From Paraphysomonas bandaiensis (Eukaryota > Protista > Chrysophyceae), in the NCBI GenBank assembly GCA_965644295.1, contig CBFFRP010000288.1, forward strand, positions 434,001-498,000: a stretch of 64,000 bases of DNA. The letters are read 5' to 3'. Both the position numbers and the translations under genes were made by a program. This document shows positions 1-13,373 of the stretch, in pieces. Numbering within the stretch: position 1 is the stretch's first letter; each line of letters begins with the position of its first letter. The notes below the pieces were generated by a model that worked only from the letters and a program-made list of their open reading frames with translations, had not been told where the DNA came from and did not search any database.

Positions 1-588
1 TATAATCACTTTTCATTAAACCAGAGTAATTAAATAGCTGATGAAGTATGCACCCTCCCCCCTCGCGAATCTGCAAAGACTTTCCACTACATCTGACACC
101 TGAGTGAAATCTCTAAATGAACAGTACGACAGGGAGTATTATAGTCTCAGCATGTGTCGTCAGAGGAAAACATTTCTGATATTTTGACTAAGTTTATGCC
201 GTTGTTTCTAATCTATCTTTCATCCAAAAGACTACTAGACTTGCACAAGTGTGTTGCTGGTCGTTGGACTGAAAGAAGGATACTTAGTTGTCACAAAACA
301 CGCCTATTTTATGGAGATCTTCCACACATAAATGTAAAAACTCTAATTTTATCTCATAAACCACCTATTTTCAGAGTAAAATGGTAACTTCGTACTGTAC
401 ACTGTATAATTCGAGTATGAATATTCGTGTTTTTTATTATCCCTCATATGGGATATTATAAAACAGTTGAAAGTTTTAGGAGTGCTTCAATGATATGATG
501 ACGATAGTTGCTCCTAACATACACACAATTATTATCACAAAGAATTGAAAAATATCTTGATCTATACGAATTCTCACCTACAAAGAAA

Positions 589-1135
589 ATGTATAGAGGA
601 ATAGCTTTATTGTCTCTCCTTGTTGTCGTTGCATCTCAAGCCTCGGAGACAACGGATAATGGAATCATCGTATTTAGTCCTGAAACTGCAGAGGAGCTTA
701 TCTTCTCATCCCCTATCAAGGTGCGAGTATAAGTAATTGTAAAATGTATTAGCTGATGATGTTGAACTGTAGAAACATTGCTTGTTTTTCACAGATGCAG
801 ATGCGGACCATCATGATGATGCTGTCAGTATGTTCTCCTCCATTGCATCTCAGTACAATGGCGAACTCCTCGTCGTCAATGTTCCACATACAGAGGAGCA
901 AATTTTAAATCACTTTGGAGTGAAAACTGGTACGAAACTAACGATATTTTATTCTGCATTAGAATAACAATGAATATATGATGCAGATGATCTCCCGGCA
1001 CTTGTCCTTGTTGATGCATCAGGACCCTCTGTACAAACTTTCCCGTATGGTGGCGATGTGCTGGATGTCGTCCGAGTTGGTGGATTTATCGGAGCTTTGT
1101 ATAACAGTGAATTAAGCGCTGGAAATGACCTATGA
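589..1135 (+). CDS. Secreted/ER thioredoxin-fold protein (PDI b'-like, non-catalytic), 3 exons
   Basis: Exons 589-720, 773-929, 987-1135 join in frame across GT-AG introns. Signal peptide MYRGIALLSLLVVVASQA; PDI b'-like stretches (ELIFSSPIKKHCLFF, ILNHFGV, DLPALVLVD); no CxxC; ends GNDL. Confidence 0.7.
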
Positions 1136-1945
1136 GATAAATAGAATGAATATTCGGAGTAGCAGTGTGAAGTATATTTATGATTGGGTGGGAACTGTTG
1201 TGGCTTATTTAGTACTAGATGCACAAATTCGGTATATTGTATTAGTAGAAACGGCTTCAGTAAAACCATTCTTAAGTGTACATTCCAAATTGATTCCGTG
1301 TCCGCATAATAGCTAATTGTGCTAAACATGAGGTCCAGATTAACAACGCAACTACACAATATGTCAATCTGTAACTCAACAACAACAATGTTATATCTGT
1401 AGTAGTGATATTAGAATTTTGATTTAATATTGGTGATGTACTGTCAGAACACTTTAGTTGCTTGTGATTGAGTACTGTTAAGAATTGAGGACAGGTTACA
1501 TAGGAACAACCGAATATATATCAGAGATCATAGTAGTACAGCAGGAGCACTATCTTTTAGCTTGACTACTAGCTACTATATGTAAGTTTACGTGGTCAAT
1601 GAGCGATGAGTGTATTAATAAAATCACTTGGACATTAAGGGGTTAAACACAGTCTTTAGAACGGAAGTATTAGTGTATTAGTCAGTTAGTCAGCAACAGT
1701 ACGTAAAGAAAAGGTAAATTATCTTAGTAACAGCAAGTATATAGAGTAAGATTTCCCTTTATATCTTTTAATTAGTCAATACTAGTGATCTATTTGTAGC
1801 ATTTTATTCATACGTATAAGTCAGAGCTTAATCACTTACGTCGTGAAACACAAATATCCGTACTATTCAGCTCTTTGCATTATTATGATATACCATACAA
1901 CGTTAAAGTCAATAATGAACACTTCAATTACTTTAAATATATATA

Positions 1946-4384
1946 CTATGCAAGTCTCTTGCTCTTGTGTATCTGTCGAATAGTCGAGCCATTTTGTGTC
2001 ATATGCGCCCTTCGTGTCTTTTGGGCATGGAAAAATGCCAGACTATCCGGATCTTTTGACACAACTCTCTCCACCTCCAAGCGCTCAAATGCCTCCTGAT
2101 CATCGAGCTGATCAGATTCGTCTGGTATTCCGTTCTTGGCATCATCTTTAAAGTCGAATGTCTCCATGGTCCGTGACCCACCATAACCCATGTTCCACAT
2201 AGCAAACTCCTCAGCGAATGTGTCTCTCGCATCCTCAGCCGCCTCTTGGGCTTTGTGTAATGCGGACTTCACCTTCAATAGCTGTTCGTATCCATTCTTG
2301 TATGTACGTTTTGCTTCCTTAAGTTCCTTCATTAGGGCAAATTCATCTTCGTCGATGATCTCGTCAGCGTCAGATACTTTAATTCCCGAACTTTTCAGCA
2401 GCTCCACACGAGCATTCTTGGTCTCCGTGAGCTTCGCCTGGAGAATATCTATTGACTGTTTAGCGGAATTGACAGACTGAGTACACTCTCGACTTTTCGC
2501 CTTGAGCTCTTTAAGTGCTTGTTTAGTCGATAAGAGCCTGTTATATAACTTCTCGCCGTCAGTGCGGGCAAAAGCATCAATAGTTCTGGCAGATTTTCCA
2601 TCTGCTCCACGTCTAGAAGGGCTCTCCGCTCCAGTGCTCTCCTCTTCAGAGAACTCAACACGTTTACTGGCCTGCTTGGCAGTAGGTGAGGATGTGCTCT
2701 GAGGCTCGGTCACCTTCGATTCAGCTCGCATTCCCGTATCGACCAAGCCAGCTGGTACTGAATCTGCAGCAGCAACCCCCAGAGCAAAACCTGTTCGAGA
2801 GTGAGGATCGTCGTCCTCCTCTCCCACGTATTGTGCACTTGTACCGCTTCCATCCATGCCACCTCCGCTTTCACCACTGTTAAATTCTCCTGTTGAGTTG
2901 AGGAACTCCGACCCACCAGATACTGGTCGACTACCACCTGGTCGGCCATAAAATCCGTTATCATTGTAGTTTGCAAATGCTTCTTCTTTGGCAAGACGCG
3001 TCTCCTCTCGCGAAGCAAGAATCATTTTCTTAAACTGCTTGCATACTTCAAGCATTTTACGGAAACTGTCAATGTTGAGCATGTCCTCCTCCTCAACTTC
3101 ACTTGACTCGACATATGACTCAAGCATCTGTCGGATACTAGCCTGTTGCTCAGGGGTATAAGGTTCGTACCCCACTCCAGCCCTCTCTACCAAAGCATCG
3201 TGCATCAAAAGTTCTTGTTTAAGTGCCTTGATCAGCTTCGCTTGCTTTCGTATGAGTGCCTGTGAGTCCACCGTCTCCACTGTTGAAGTTTCGTTCTGAA
3301 CTCTCATCATCCGTGACGCCAAACGAAGGGTAGAGATGGTCTCCTCAAGATGATCTGACTCCCCCCAGATGCAGGCTATCATCAAAGTATTGCAGTTTGA
3401 TCCCAGTGCATCTTTTAGAATTGTCGTCAGTTTCGATTGTCTATATGGGATATGATGGCTGCGCCGAGCGAGAGCCACTACACACTGCTCGAGGTATGTC
3501 AAGGACTGATTAATTGACATACTCTCCTTACGAGTAACCTCATCAAAGCCTCGTCCATCAGGATGGTCAAGGGTTTTCTTAAGTCTCTCAGATCCTGCCA
3601 AGTCCACTAAATGGAGCTTTGAGTGAATCACACGCTCATTAATACCGGACTTCTGACGTTGTTGAACATACACAGTGAATATAGAGTGGGATCGATTAGA
3701 ACGTCGGTTCAGCTTATGCTGAGCAGTTGTCCGTGCAAGCTCTCCACTAAAGAGAAGATTTAGAGCTTCACTTTCATTAAATATTTCTACTTCATTGAGA
3801 CCACGAACGTGAACACCGCGCCCATCTTTTTCTTCTGCGATAGTGTACTCGCCACCTTGGTCTCTATTCGATAAATCTTTTAACAGATCGTATACTTTCT
3901 CACCATATAACTCGAGATAAGTACATGATACACGGTATTCATACTCAACACGAGAATTAATTTCACTAAATAACTGTCCTAGAGCTCTCGGTGCTACCCC
4001 TCTGTGCTCATAGCTATGTGTATCACCCATCTGTTCTCATATTAATCATGCGTCGACTAAACATACATCACCTACCATTGTAAATGTTTTTCCACTTCCA
4101 GTTTGACCATAACTTAATATAGCCCCATTGATACCGTCAATAACCCCCTGTACAGTGTCCCTCGCAAACATATCGTATATAGTGGATTGAGAGGCATTGT
4201 GAAAGATATGATCCAGTTTAAACTTAAAACTATTTTGTCTATTGTTAAGCATACCACTATTATCTTCATCATTATTCTGATTTATTTGTATAATATTCTG
4301 ATCCTCTACTATTGTGATATTATCTTGAGCAAAATGATGAGTTGGTCGTGTTCGTACACATACTTTAACTGCATTACGTTTCAT
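1946..4384 (-). CDS. Kinesin-9 family motor (KIF9/KIF6/KLP1-like), 2 exons
   Basis: Exons 4384-4076 and 4030-1946 (45-nt intron). P-loop YGQTGSGKT, switch I NRRSNRSH, switch II LVDLAGSER, HIPYRQSKLT; coiled-coil tail ending DPDSLAFFHAQ. Confidence 0.9.
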
Positions 4385-4848
4385 AGTATATGAAATAATA
4401 GATGATCAACTTCACTCAATGAGTATTTTAATAGTGATATTGCCAGTTAATCTTATATATAGGAGTGTACGTACAGATATTCACTGACTTCTAACATGAA
4501 GTGAAGGATAGAGAAGTGTGTATGAAGATGGATAAAACGGTCACATAATACTACAGCAGTATATGTGTAGGAATTCCTACATAGTATACGATATGTACAT
4601 GTGTGTATGGAATACTCTATAGCAGATTGTATAATATTGAAATACAATAGAAATACAATCTTTGATGATGTGTACGTACAGGAGGAGGAGTTGCTCATGA
4701 CAAGTACGGTATACCGCCGTATAGTAGACATCTATCCCTACCACTGTATAAGAACACTGACTTGTTGTTGGCTGAGAGGTTCTTCAGTGGTATCATTCCT
4801 CCATATTACTATAATTCATAGTCTCATATTTCGATCATCTTGATCAAC

Positions 4849-6204
4849 ATGAGTACCGAAGAACCTCCAAGTAATGCAAATGATGGATGTGTTGGACCTG
4901 CATCTGACAATGCAGGAAAGGCCTCTGCATGTGCAGGTTGTCCTAACCAGAGCGCATGTGCGTCAGGAGCAGGCAAGAAAACAGAGACACTAGGACTGGG
5001 TATTAAATCCATATAAAAACATATCATTCTAATAATTTCATATAGATAAACTTTCACAAGTAAAACATAAAATTTTAGTTTTGTCTGGAAAAGGCGGAGT
5101 TGGAAAGAGCACTGTATCTGCTCAGTTGGCTTTTACACTCGCCCAGCAAGGTAAACAAGTCGGGCTGCTAGATGTTGATATATGTGGTCCTAGTATCCCG
5201 CGTATGTTGGGGTTAGTAGGACAAGAAGTACATCAGAGCGCTTCTGGGTGGTCGCCAGTGTATGTAGATGACAACCTTGGAGTTATGTCAATCGGGTTTA
5301 TGCTCCCAACCTCTGACGATGCTATCATTTGGCGTGGGCCCCGAAAGAACGGTCTCATTAAGCAATTCCTCACTGATGTGGACTGGGGTCAGTTGGACTA
5401 CTTAATTATAGACACCCCTCCTGGGACCTCAGATGAACATATTTCGATTGTGCAATATTTAAAAGCTACCTCTGTGGACGGTGCGATAATTGTTACCACC
5501 CCTCAAGAGGTGGCTATGGCAGATGTGAGAAAGGAGATAAACTTCTGTCGTAAAACTGGTATGTATGGTATCCTACTTTTAATCAATAGGGGCTGTATTA
5601 TAATGCGATGTGTGTCCATGTATTCGCACTTCAGACTTGGTGTATACAGCAAATAAACAATAAGTATGAGTATATTTTACAGAATGATGTAGGTATAAAT
5701 GTGATTGGTGTGGTTGAGAACATGGCCAGTATATCTCTCGATCTGTCATCTTTGAGCACCCCATCCAGCGGCCTACGACTACTCAACAATAGGGGAGAGG
5801 ATATGACAGAGAGTATGCTATTGCGCATCCAGGAGCATTGCCCTGAACTTCTTACTCTCTCTCTTGCTACCAATTTGTTCTCCACCACAGATTCTTCTGG
5901 TGAAAACAATACCCCCGCAGGTAATTTCGTCAGTTTTATTTTTTATCACGGCACGTGTTTTGTGCTTTGTGTTTCGCTATTTTGTCACACATGGTAACAT
6001 AATATTTCTGTTACAGATATGGCGAAGCGGTTCGGGATACCATACTTGGGAAGTCTGCCAATGGACTCCAATATGATGCGGTCCTGTGAAGATGGCTTTT
6101 CCTTCCTAGAGCAGTTTCCGTCCTCCGTCGCAGCTGCACCATTCTCATCTATCGTCAACCAGATTCTTGCGGCTACTCCTGATGTCGATCATTCGAGTTC
6201 TTAG
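4849..6204 (+). CDS. NBP35: Cytosolic Fe-S cluster assembly scaffold NBP35/NUBP1, 4 exons
   Basis: Exons 4849-4999, 5046-5558, 5693-5920, 6017-6204 in frame. N-terminal four-Cys motif ([21 protein letters not shown]), [41 protein letters not shown]. Confidence 0.93.
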
Positions 6205-7733
6205 TTATTTGTTCAGGTATTAAAGCGAGCAAACTTCCTATTGTTATTTCGACTAGACTTCTTGCAACTCAAAAAGGAATATGGGGAATCTATGGTGCTG
6301 TTGTGGGAATACAATAAGCACGGTTGTCTAAATTCATTAATCTACCATGTGGACGTACAAGACTATCTCATCGAATATTACATAGTGTAGTTTTGCCTCC
6401 CACCATGCAAAGAAATAATTCATACCAAATTTTATTATCCCTATTTTGCCTTGTTTAGCTTTTTATCCCCATTTGTCTCAAAAAAAGCTTTTTTTGACCT
6501 GATTTTGGCTCAACAGAGCACTCATATCAGCACCGGGCAAATATATTGACTAATGACCATTTTCAGATGATTAAGATCGTTGTAAGAGAAGTTTAAGTTA
6601 GTCAAACTAGATAGATTACTTTATTATGATTGTATACACAATTGTGTGTGTTGTCATGTAACACATGTCAACAACATGATAAATTATTTCGTTCATGTCA
6701 ACCACTGCTCAACTTCCGTATCTTGAATCGTCATGATATAATACTTCAGTTTCACAGTTATAGCTATATAGCACCTTTGACTATTGACTACGTATTACTG
6801 TTTTTCACATTGTATTTAACGTATTCTACAGTACTATCTTAGAGAACCATACGTATTCCAACAAAATATATACATTCAACTTCAATATTCGGTTCAACAG
6901 AAGCTCACTTCTACCTTAATTATGATATTGACAGTCATTTGTATGTATGTGATACCAATATATTACACTATAATAGAGAAACCACAATGATGAGCCAACT
7001 ATCCAAAGCTGATCATCAAACACTCCAAGTTGTATTCCATCCTCCATCCTTCGACTGCTGCGTAGAAGATCATAATCAAGTCAGTGCAAGCGATCTATCT
7101 TCATATCCAGGACTTCGAAATAACTTCAAGAATATTATAGGAGAGATTAAGTACCATATATGATGCTATGATGCTATATAGGTGGTTAGGAGCAGTAGAA
7201 CCTAGTTGCTTCTCAGGATATTGTTCATTCGATCAGGTTCACTTGCAGAGATTATGTGAAGATGATGCTTATTAAGGCAATAAGAAGCCTCTCTTGCACC
7301 TACAACTGTTCACATTCATCATTACACTCATGTACAAATTTCAACACCTCGCAGTTGCTATTCCCTCAGTATTCCTCTGTGGTAGGAGTAATTTCGTTGT
7401 AGCTGTTACAGAAACTTGGGGTTTATTGCTTTGAGTTGATCTCTAGTACGTACTATTGCTACTCCCTAAGCATACAGTATACATATCATTGATTTGAAAC
7501 TATATGAGTTCTCATTTGTTTACTTAATGTTAATCGGGGAACATATATTTCTTACTACAGCAAGCATGCTACAATATAGCTTTTCAACGTCATGAGGATA
7601 AGCTACAATTTTGAGCGCGGGAAGATATAGCCTCCTTATTGCCCGTGGTTAAATATAACTATATGTGCCTTTTTACCCTGTTGTTGTTAAATGAAAAGCT
7701 CATATCACTATTGGGAAAATATAGCTCCTTATG

Positions 7734-7975
7734 AACGCAGTGAGCAAACAGAATGTTGATATATACCTGACATCTGCTGACTTCATGGGTTTTGAGTCCT
7801 TATGGTGAACAGCCCGGATGCTTAACTTCAGCAGACAGCCCAATACCGCAGATGCCCTTAAGGTGGGCCCATTCCCGGATGTCTGTTTATTTGTCAAGAG
7901 GCCTAAAAGACGTCTACACAAGTCCCTTGTGCAACACAATCAGTTGGCTATGAGTGGGCATAAAATATCTCCTGA
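7734..7975 (+). repeat. Dispersed repeat family, copy A (invariant core at 7761-7785)
   Basis: Aligns with 30598-30840. Core ATATACCTGACATCTGCTGACTTCA is identical in copies A-D. Confidence 0.9.
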
Positions 7976-8091
7976 CAATATAATAACAAATAACTTTCAT
8001 CATAGCTCACCATCTTATAAACTTTGTCACAATTTAAATATATCTGGCATTTACATATCATGAAGATAAGCACTTAATTTTTGTTTCTACA

Positions 8092-8633
8092 AAATTTTCT
8101 ATTTGTTCCTGCTGAAAATGGTAGTTGAGCCTACTAATTTTTTCAGATATTTTTGTTAATTACATTTGAACCTACTACTAAAAACGTTAGCAGCGGTAAA
8201 CATGTACACACGTACTAAAAGGTGTTGAGTAACCTAGGGAATTAGGTAAAGGGATAAGTACATATATATTAGGCGAAGAGACACGACCGTTTCTTCGCAT
8301 CGGGTTCATGACCATACTAAGCTGGGGAGTGGTGAATCCCCAGTCAGAATATCTATATCGGGGCGAGGGAACAATATATTGCAATACTATTGTTAGATAT
8401 CGCCTCACCAATAATATTGATGAAATTTTTAAACCTACCCAACAATACTATATTATTGCAATACATTGCAATAGAGTAGTATCGTTATTCAGCAATTAAA
8501 CACTTGTGTAGAGTAGTCGTCGAGTAGTAGGGCAGTGATGTCGGAATTTTAGTAGGTTCCAATGTAATTTTAAAATATCTGAAAAATTTCGTAGGCTCAA
8601 CTACCATTTTAAGCAGGAACAAACGGAAAATTT
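8092..8633. mobile_element. MITE-like element with ~86-bp imperfect terminal inverted repeats, nested in the 6544-9005 structure
   Basis: 8092-8177 (TTTGTTCCTGCTGAAAATGGTAGTTGAGCCTAC...) is the reverse complement of 8550-8633 at roughly 85% identity. No coding capacity seen. Confidence 0.6.
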
Positions 8634-9347
8634 AGAAGGTTTAAAAATGATACTCCGAAGAAACGCAATAATATAACATTGCGATTGTTGGAATACGTAT
8701 GGTTCTCTAAGATAGTACTGTAGAATACGTTATATACAATGTGAAAAACAGTAATACGTAGTCAATAGTCAAAGGTGCTATATAGCTATAACTGTGAAAC
8801 TGAAGTATTATATCATGACGATTCAAGATACGGAAGTTGAGCAGTGGTTGACATGAACGAAATAATTTATCATGTTATTGACATGTGTTACATGACAACA
8901 CACACAATTGTGTATACAATCATAATAAAGTAATCTATCTAGTTTGACTAACTTAAACTTCTCTTACAACGATCTTAATCATCTGAAAATGGTCAATTGT
9001 CAATAGCGATAAGGGGCATCTTTGGAGAGTAAAAAAATAAGTAAGAATGAAACCACAGTTAAAATCCTTATAATAATTATAATTATTAATTATAATGAAG
9101 GGACTCGGTGCTGCAATATTACTTCTGTTATAAGAAGTAAGGCAGGATAATATCACCGTTAATGAAAAATGTATAAAATTGTAAATAAATTTGTTGAAAA
9201 ATACAATACAGAGCATGTCGTGGTATACGTAAGCCTAATATATTCTATATATACTATGAAAGAATGCACAAAAATTGGCTCGATATACCACACGGAAGTA
9301 ATAATGGAAAACTACTTCCAAAAGATACACGCACAATTTCCAGTCAG

Positions 9348-10504
9348 TTAAAAGCGCTCAACTGAGTCATTTCCTCCTCTGCCCAACGACATTGTGGCTT
9401 CCAATACGTCACCATGCAGCCCCACCACATGAACCTTTCCAGCCTGATTTATGACATCAGCACCACCGGCACACAATACAGACTGGCGAACTGCTAGCAT
9501 GATATTGGACGTCTGTTTCCATATGCGACGGAGGGAATGGTAAGCCCAAGCGAGTGGTACAATTTCAGGTGGAAGACGCGGATTATCAACATATCGACTT
9601 TTTGATGGACAAGCGTCACATGCCTCATTGTGAACTTTGTGATAAGTCGCAGCACGATAACCATGTGTCTTCCCACTGTCAGAGATGGATGATACATCGG
9701 AAGAGCATTCCATACGCTCAATATCAAATTCTCCATCATAATATACGCACAATCGTTGGGATTTGCGGACGGAATTTTGAATTTTGCTGTGAACCTCATC
9801 AAACTCTTTATCTGACACCAGCAGATCGAAGTCTAGAATTGCCAGGACAAAGCTCTCTAATCTATTCAGTAAAGATAGAGATACTCCATCAAATATGTCC
9901 GCGAAGTCTCCATTATTTATCGAAAAGTCATCCCATACCTTACTTGCGACGAGCATGCACACTAGTAGTGTGTGTCTCCAGTTCAAAGCACACACTCTGA
10001 AGTCCTTGTGTGTATAAGATACGAGCCGTTGCATATATATGAGAGCAATTAAAACGCACTCATATTCCATTTGACTTTCTTCATGAATAATGGTCAAAAT
10101 GAACATCACAGACGCTAAGCAATTGCTCTGTTTAGATTGACAGGAGTGAGTTAACAGTAAACAGAGTACTTATAAGAATTTCTTACATCAGGATGAAGAG
10201 CTTCCGGAGTACATTCTCTGCAAAATAAGTTGTATCGAAAAGGAACTTCATATCCGCACTCCTTGGACTCATCAATCATAGACACTATCTGAGCACCAAT
10301 GCAACGAAGCGTCTCGTCGTCTACTGCACGAAAGCACGGCTTAGATAGACTTCGAGAATACATCGGTCGAAGTTTTCGAGGAGGGGTACATGATACAGAG
10401 TTGGCGGAGGGTGGACTGTCCTTTCCAATATCCTGATAGTACTTCTCAGCCAGATTGAAACTGGCTTTTGTATTGGTACCAACAGAGCTTCCTATAATAT
10501 CCAT
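9348..10504 (-). CDS. Cyclin Y-like cyclin, 2 exons
   Basis: Exons 10504-10187 and 10127-9348 (phase 0). Cyclin box ECVLIALIYMQRL, NWRHTLLVCMLVASKVWDD (ASKVWDD is typical of cyclin Y), LNRLE..L..LDFDL. Confidence 0.85.
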
Positions 10505-10641
10505 GGATATCGTTACAGGCAGAGCTTATGCTATAACAGCTATTCATAGAATGAGTAGTATCACTGTTGTAGTGAACTAATGACGATAGAAGAATGAATA
10601 GTTAAAATAAACCGTCAATATCATGTTTGAAATCGAGCGGC

Positions 10642-10715
10642 TGACGAGTTCATGATGTGACGTAATCCACTCCTCAGAAAATCTAGATATAGAACATTAC
10701 TACACGTCAGCCAAT
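10642..10715. promoter_or_regulatory. TGACG(T) x3 plus CCAAT cluster in the divergent promoter upstream of the cyclin
   Basis: TGACGA 10642, TGACGT 10658, ACGTCA 10704, CCAAT 10711; 140-210 bp upstream of the cyclin ATG. Confidence 0.45.
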
Positions 10716-11021
10716 AGAATCATGATGAATACAATTCGAAAATCTAACGTTTTGTTAGAAAAAAAAGGATAAAAGTCCATTTTTCGATTTCTAAGACAAT
10801 ATATTATTGATTTTTTCTAAAATGTAAGTTTTTGACTGCATGGTTGTCAAGATACTGTATATATCTACAAAATATTAACTTTTATTTCACAAAATTCTGG
10901 TTTTTAAACTGTACTATGAGATGAGCTGTACCATTGTTGTTGATATACTGTTTAGTATATTAACACAGTAACTATTAAGGAGTTAGGTCGACTCATTGGG
11001 ACTTCTCGATTAGGCTGTGAT

Positions 11022-12369
11022 ATGCATTCAAGGTCTACATTGTCTGGACCTTCAGGGTCTCGTAAAAGTGATACAGCTAATATAAGAAGGGGATCTCTTT
11101 CTTCAGGTACGGGACATGGTCATGGTCATGGAGCACCTCCTCCACCTCCTCCCCCCCCACCACCTCGACGGTCAAGTCATGATAGTAGAATGAAAAAATA
11201 TAGTAATTCTAAATATGCCATTGCATTAAATTCTATGGTCTTGTTGTTAAAAAAACAACACGCCATGTCTGCCCTAATGGAGCGAGCAAAATACTTTCAT
11301 ATCTGGAGACGGCATGCAGATAAAACTCACGAGTATTTGAAAGCAAGGAGTGAACGCACAACTGCGTGGATGCTGGCTGGAATAAATTCCGAATGTAATG
11401 TGGATTCGTCTCCTGTAAAGTCGGCGTCACGAATCGGCATTAGCATCATGAGGTGGATTCTCACAGCGAAAGTATTGAGAACTATTAGACGAGCCTGGAG
11501 TATATGGATGAAATATGTACGATTCGTAATTTGGTGTTCTATGTGAAATTAATGCTACACAATATTGTGCACGTTAGGTTGATGGCTTAAAAGCGGAAGA
11601 AGCCTCTAGGTGGGAAAGGAATCAGTTGAAATCTCTGTCAGAGGAGAACAGTGAGCTGAAAGATAAGTACCTTGAACTTAGGAATAAATTTAAGACGAAG
11701 GAAGAAATGTACCGAGATGGTAAGTCTTTTTTCATATTTTGTCTATCATTAATGTTGCGTACTTTTCTATGCAATCCTCATATATCCTAATTTTTGCTTC
11801 CTGTCTTTCATTTTTCCCGCTGCTTGTTGTATAACTTCTATGCAGGTATAGTAAAGAATCAAATCACAACCATATTTCGTTCCAGTTTAAAACACCTGAT
11901 TCGTAAACGATTCGACAGATGGTACCGCATCACTTGGGAAAGCAAATATGACGTTGAGATGCGTCGGCAAAGACTCAAGGTCGATGTTGGATTTCAGCAT
12001 ATCAAGAGCGAACGAGAGATGGTGAAGGAAACAGAAGTCATCAGTAGACGGTTGAAAACTAACCTCTTAGTTGTTCTGGGTTTCTATCAGTGGAAAGTGA
12101 ACTGTAAGGACGAACTAATTCATATGGAGAGAACCAGATATGCCGAGGAGAAAAAGATGATTCTCAAGGAGTTACTGTTACTGAAACAGGGCATGATGTC
12201 AATTAATAAGAAAGAAGAGCTGCTAGTTGAGGCAGCGAGATCCAGGGGAAAAAATATTTTTTCATCGTTGTTGACTGTTGGGGAGAAAATTGAAAACATT
12301 TCAAAATTAAGCTTGGATATTTCCAGCGACACTTGTAGTGAACACCCTTCACCACACCCTAGTAAGTAG
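11022..12369 (+). CDS. Uncharacterised coiled-coil protein with poly-Pro tract and F/W-xx-W repeats (possibly centrin-binding, Sfi1/POC5-like), 3 exons
   Basis: Exons 11022-11516, 11578-~11719, ~11846-12369 join in frame. Motifs YFHIWR, RAWSIWM, RFDRWY, GFYQWK. The function is a guess. Confidence 0.65.
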
Positions 12370-13373
12370 ATGCTCTGAAAAAATTTAGCTTGTTAGATTT
12401 AATTGTATGTAATGATGCTTGTTGTGCTTGTTGTTAATAATTTAGATCCACAGTTTCATGCATTTATCTTTTTCTAATAAACCTCATAAATTACACATGT
12501 ACACTTATTCGTTATCTTTTCTATTTTCTACTTCAGCTCATATCGGCTCTTTGGTGATGAGCATCTTATAACCATTTCTTACTACTTAGTAACACTTACT
12601 TAATACATATCCTTCATTGGAAACAATATGAGTTATACACCACTTTCTGTCAGTAGTTAGAAGTAGCTAACTGTAATCAGATGTGGTAGTTTAATTTATT
12701 TACTAGAAGTATGCATGGTTCTGAGTGTGCACAATGAAATTACGATCAAGAATAGTGTTAGTTGTTATTGATACGAAGATAAATAATAAACTGTGGTTCT
12801 GCAGTTTTCACTTCCGTCGTTTCAGACACCTGAAAATTCACAGACTGTGATAGTTCTGCGTTACCTCCTTCTATAAGAATACACTGCTTACATGACATAC
12901 GTAAATACTCCTTGTGTACATATTTACTGGTCTAACAAAGATCCAACCAATCACACATCACACTAACAAGGAATATGAACATTTTTGTGTATTTTAAAAA
13001 GTATACTCATATCGTAGCTTACGCGAACAAGTAGACCTTGCTTCTTTGAAATGGACAAAGGAGTCAAGGAGTCTCCAGGATGTTCGTGTCGTACTAATCA
13101 ATAATCAAAACCGATTTCTTCATCGTATCTGACAATGCAGATCTTTGCACCTTAAAGACCGCCCCCGATATATATATTTTTGTTTTAATTATGGTAAATC
13201 ATTTCAAAACAAAAAATAATATTCATATAGTATGAATTATGTATCTTACGGACCGTATTTCATAACTATCTAGAGTGACACGAAACACGTTACAGAACCT
13301 ATAAAAAGTAGTACTTCTACATCCATTGAGCATGTGTGCAAAGTATAATAACAAGAATACCTACAATGCAAAT

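Larger units (their letters stand above)
6544..9005. repeat. 321-bp inverted repeat (arms 6544-6864 and 8685-9005) around a 1.8-kb spacer; foldback/MITE-like or local inverted duplication
   Basis: Arms are reverse complements with about 4 mismatches and no indel (paired coordinates sum to 15549). No convincing target-site duplication. Confidence 0.92.

Noticed and set aside
6988-7276. Possible small spliced gene inside the 321-bp inverted repeat
   Set aside because: Needs an atypical 31-nt intron with a weak donor; no recognisable domain.
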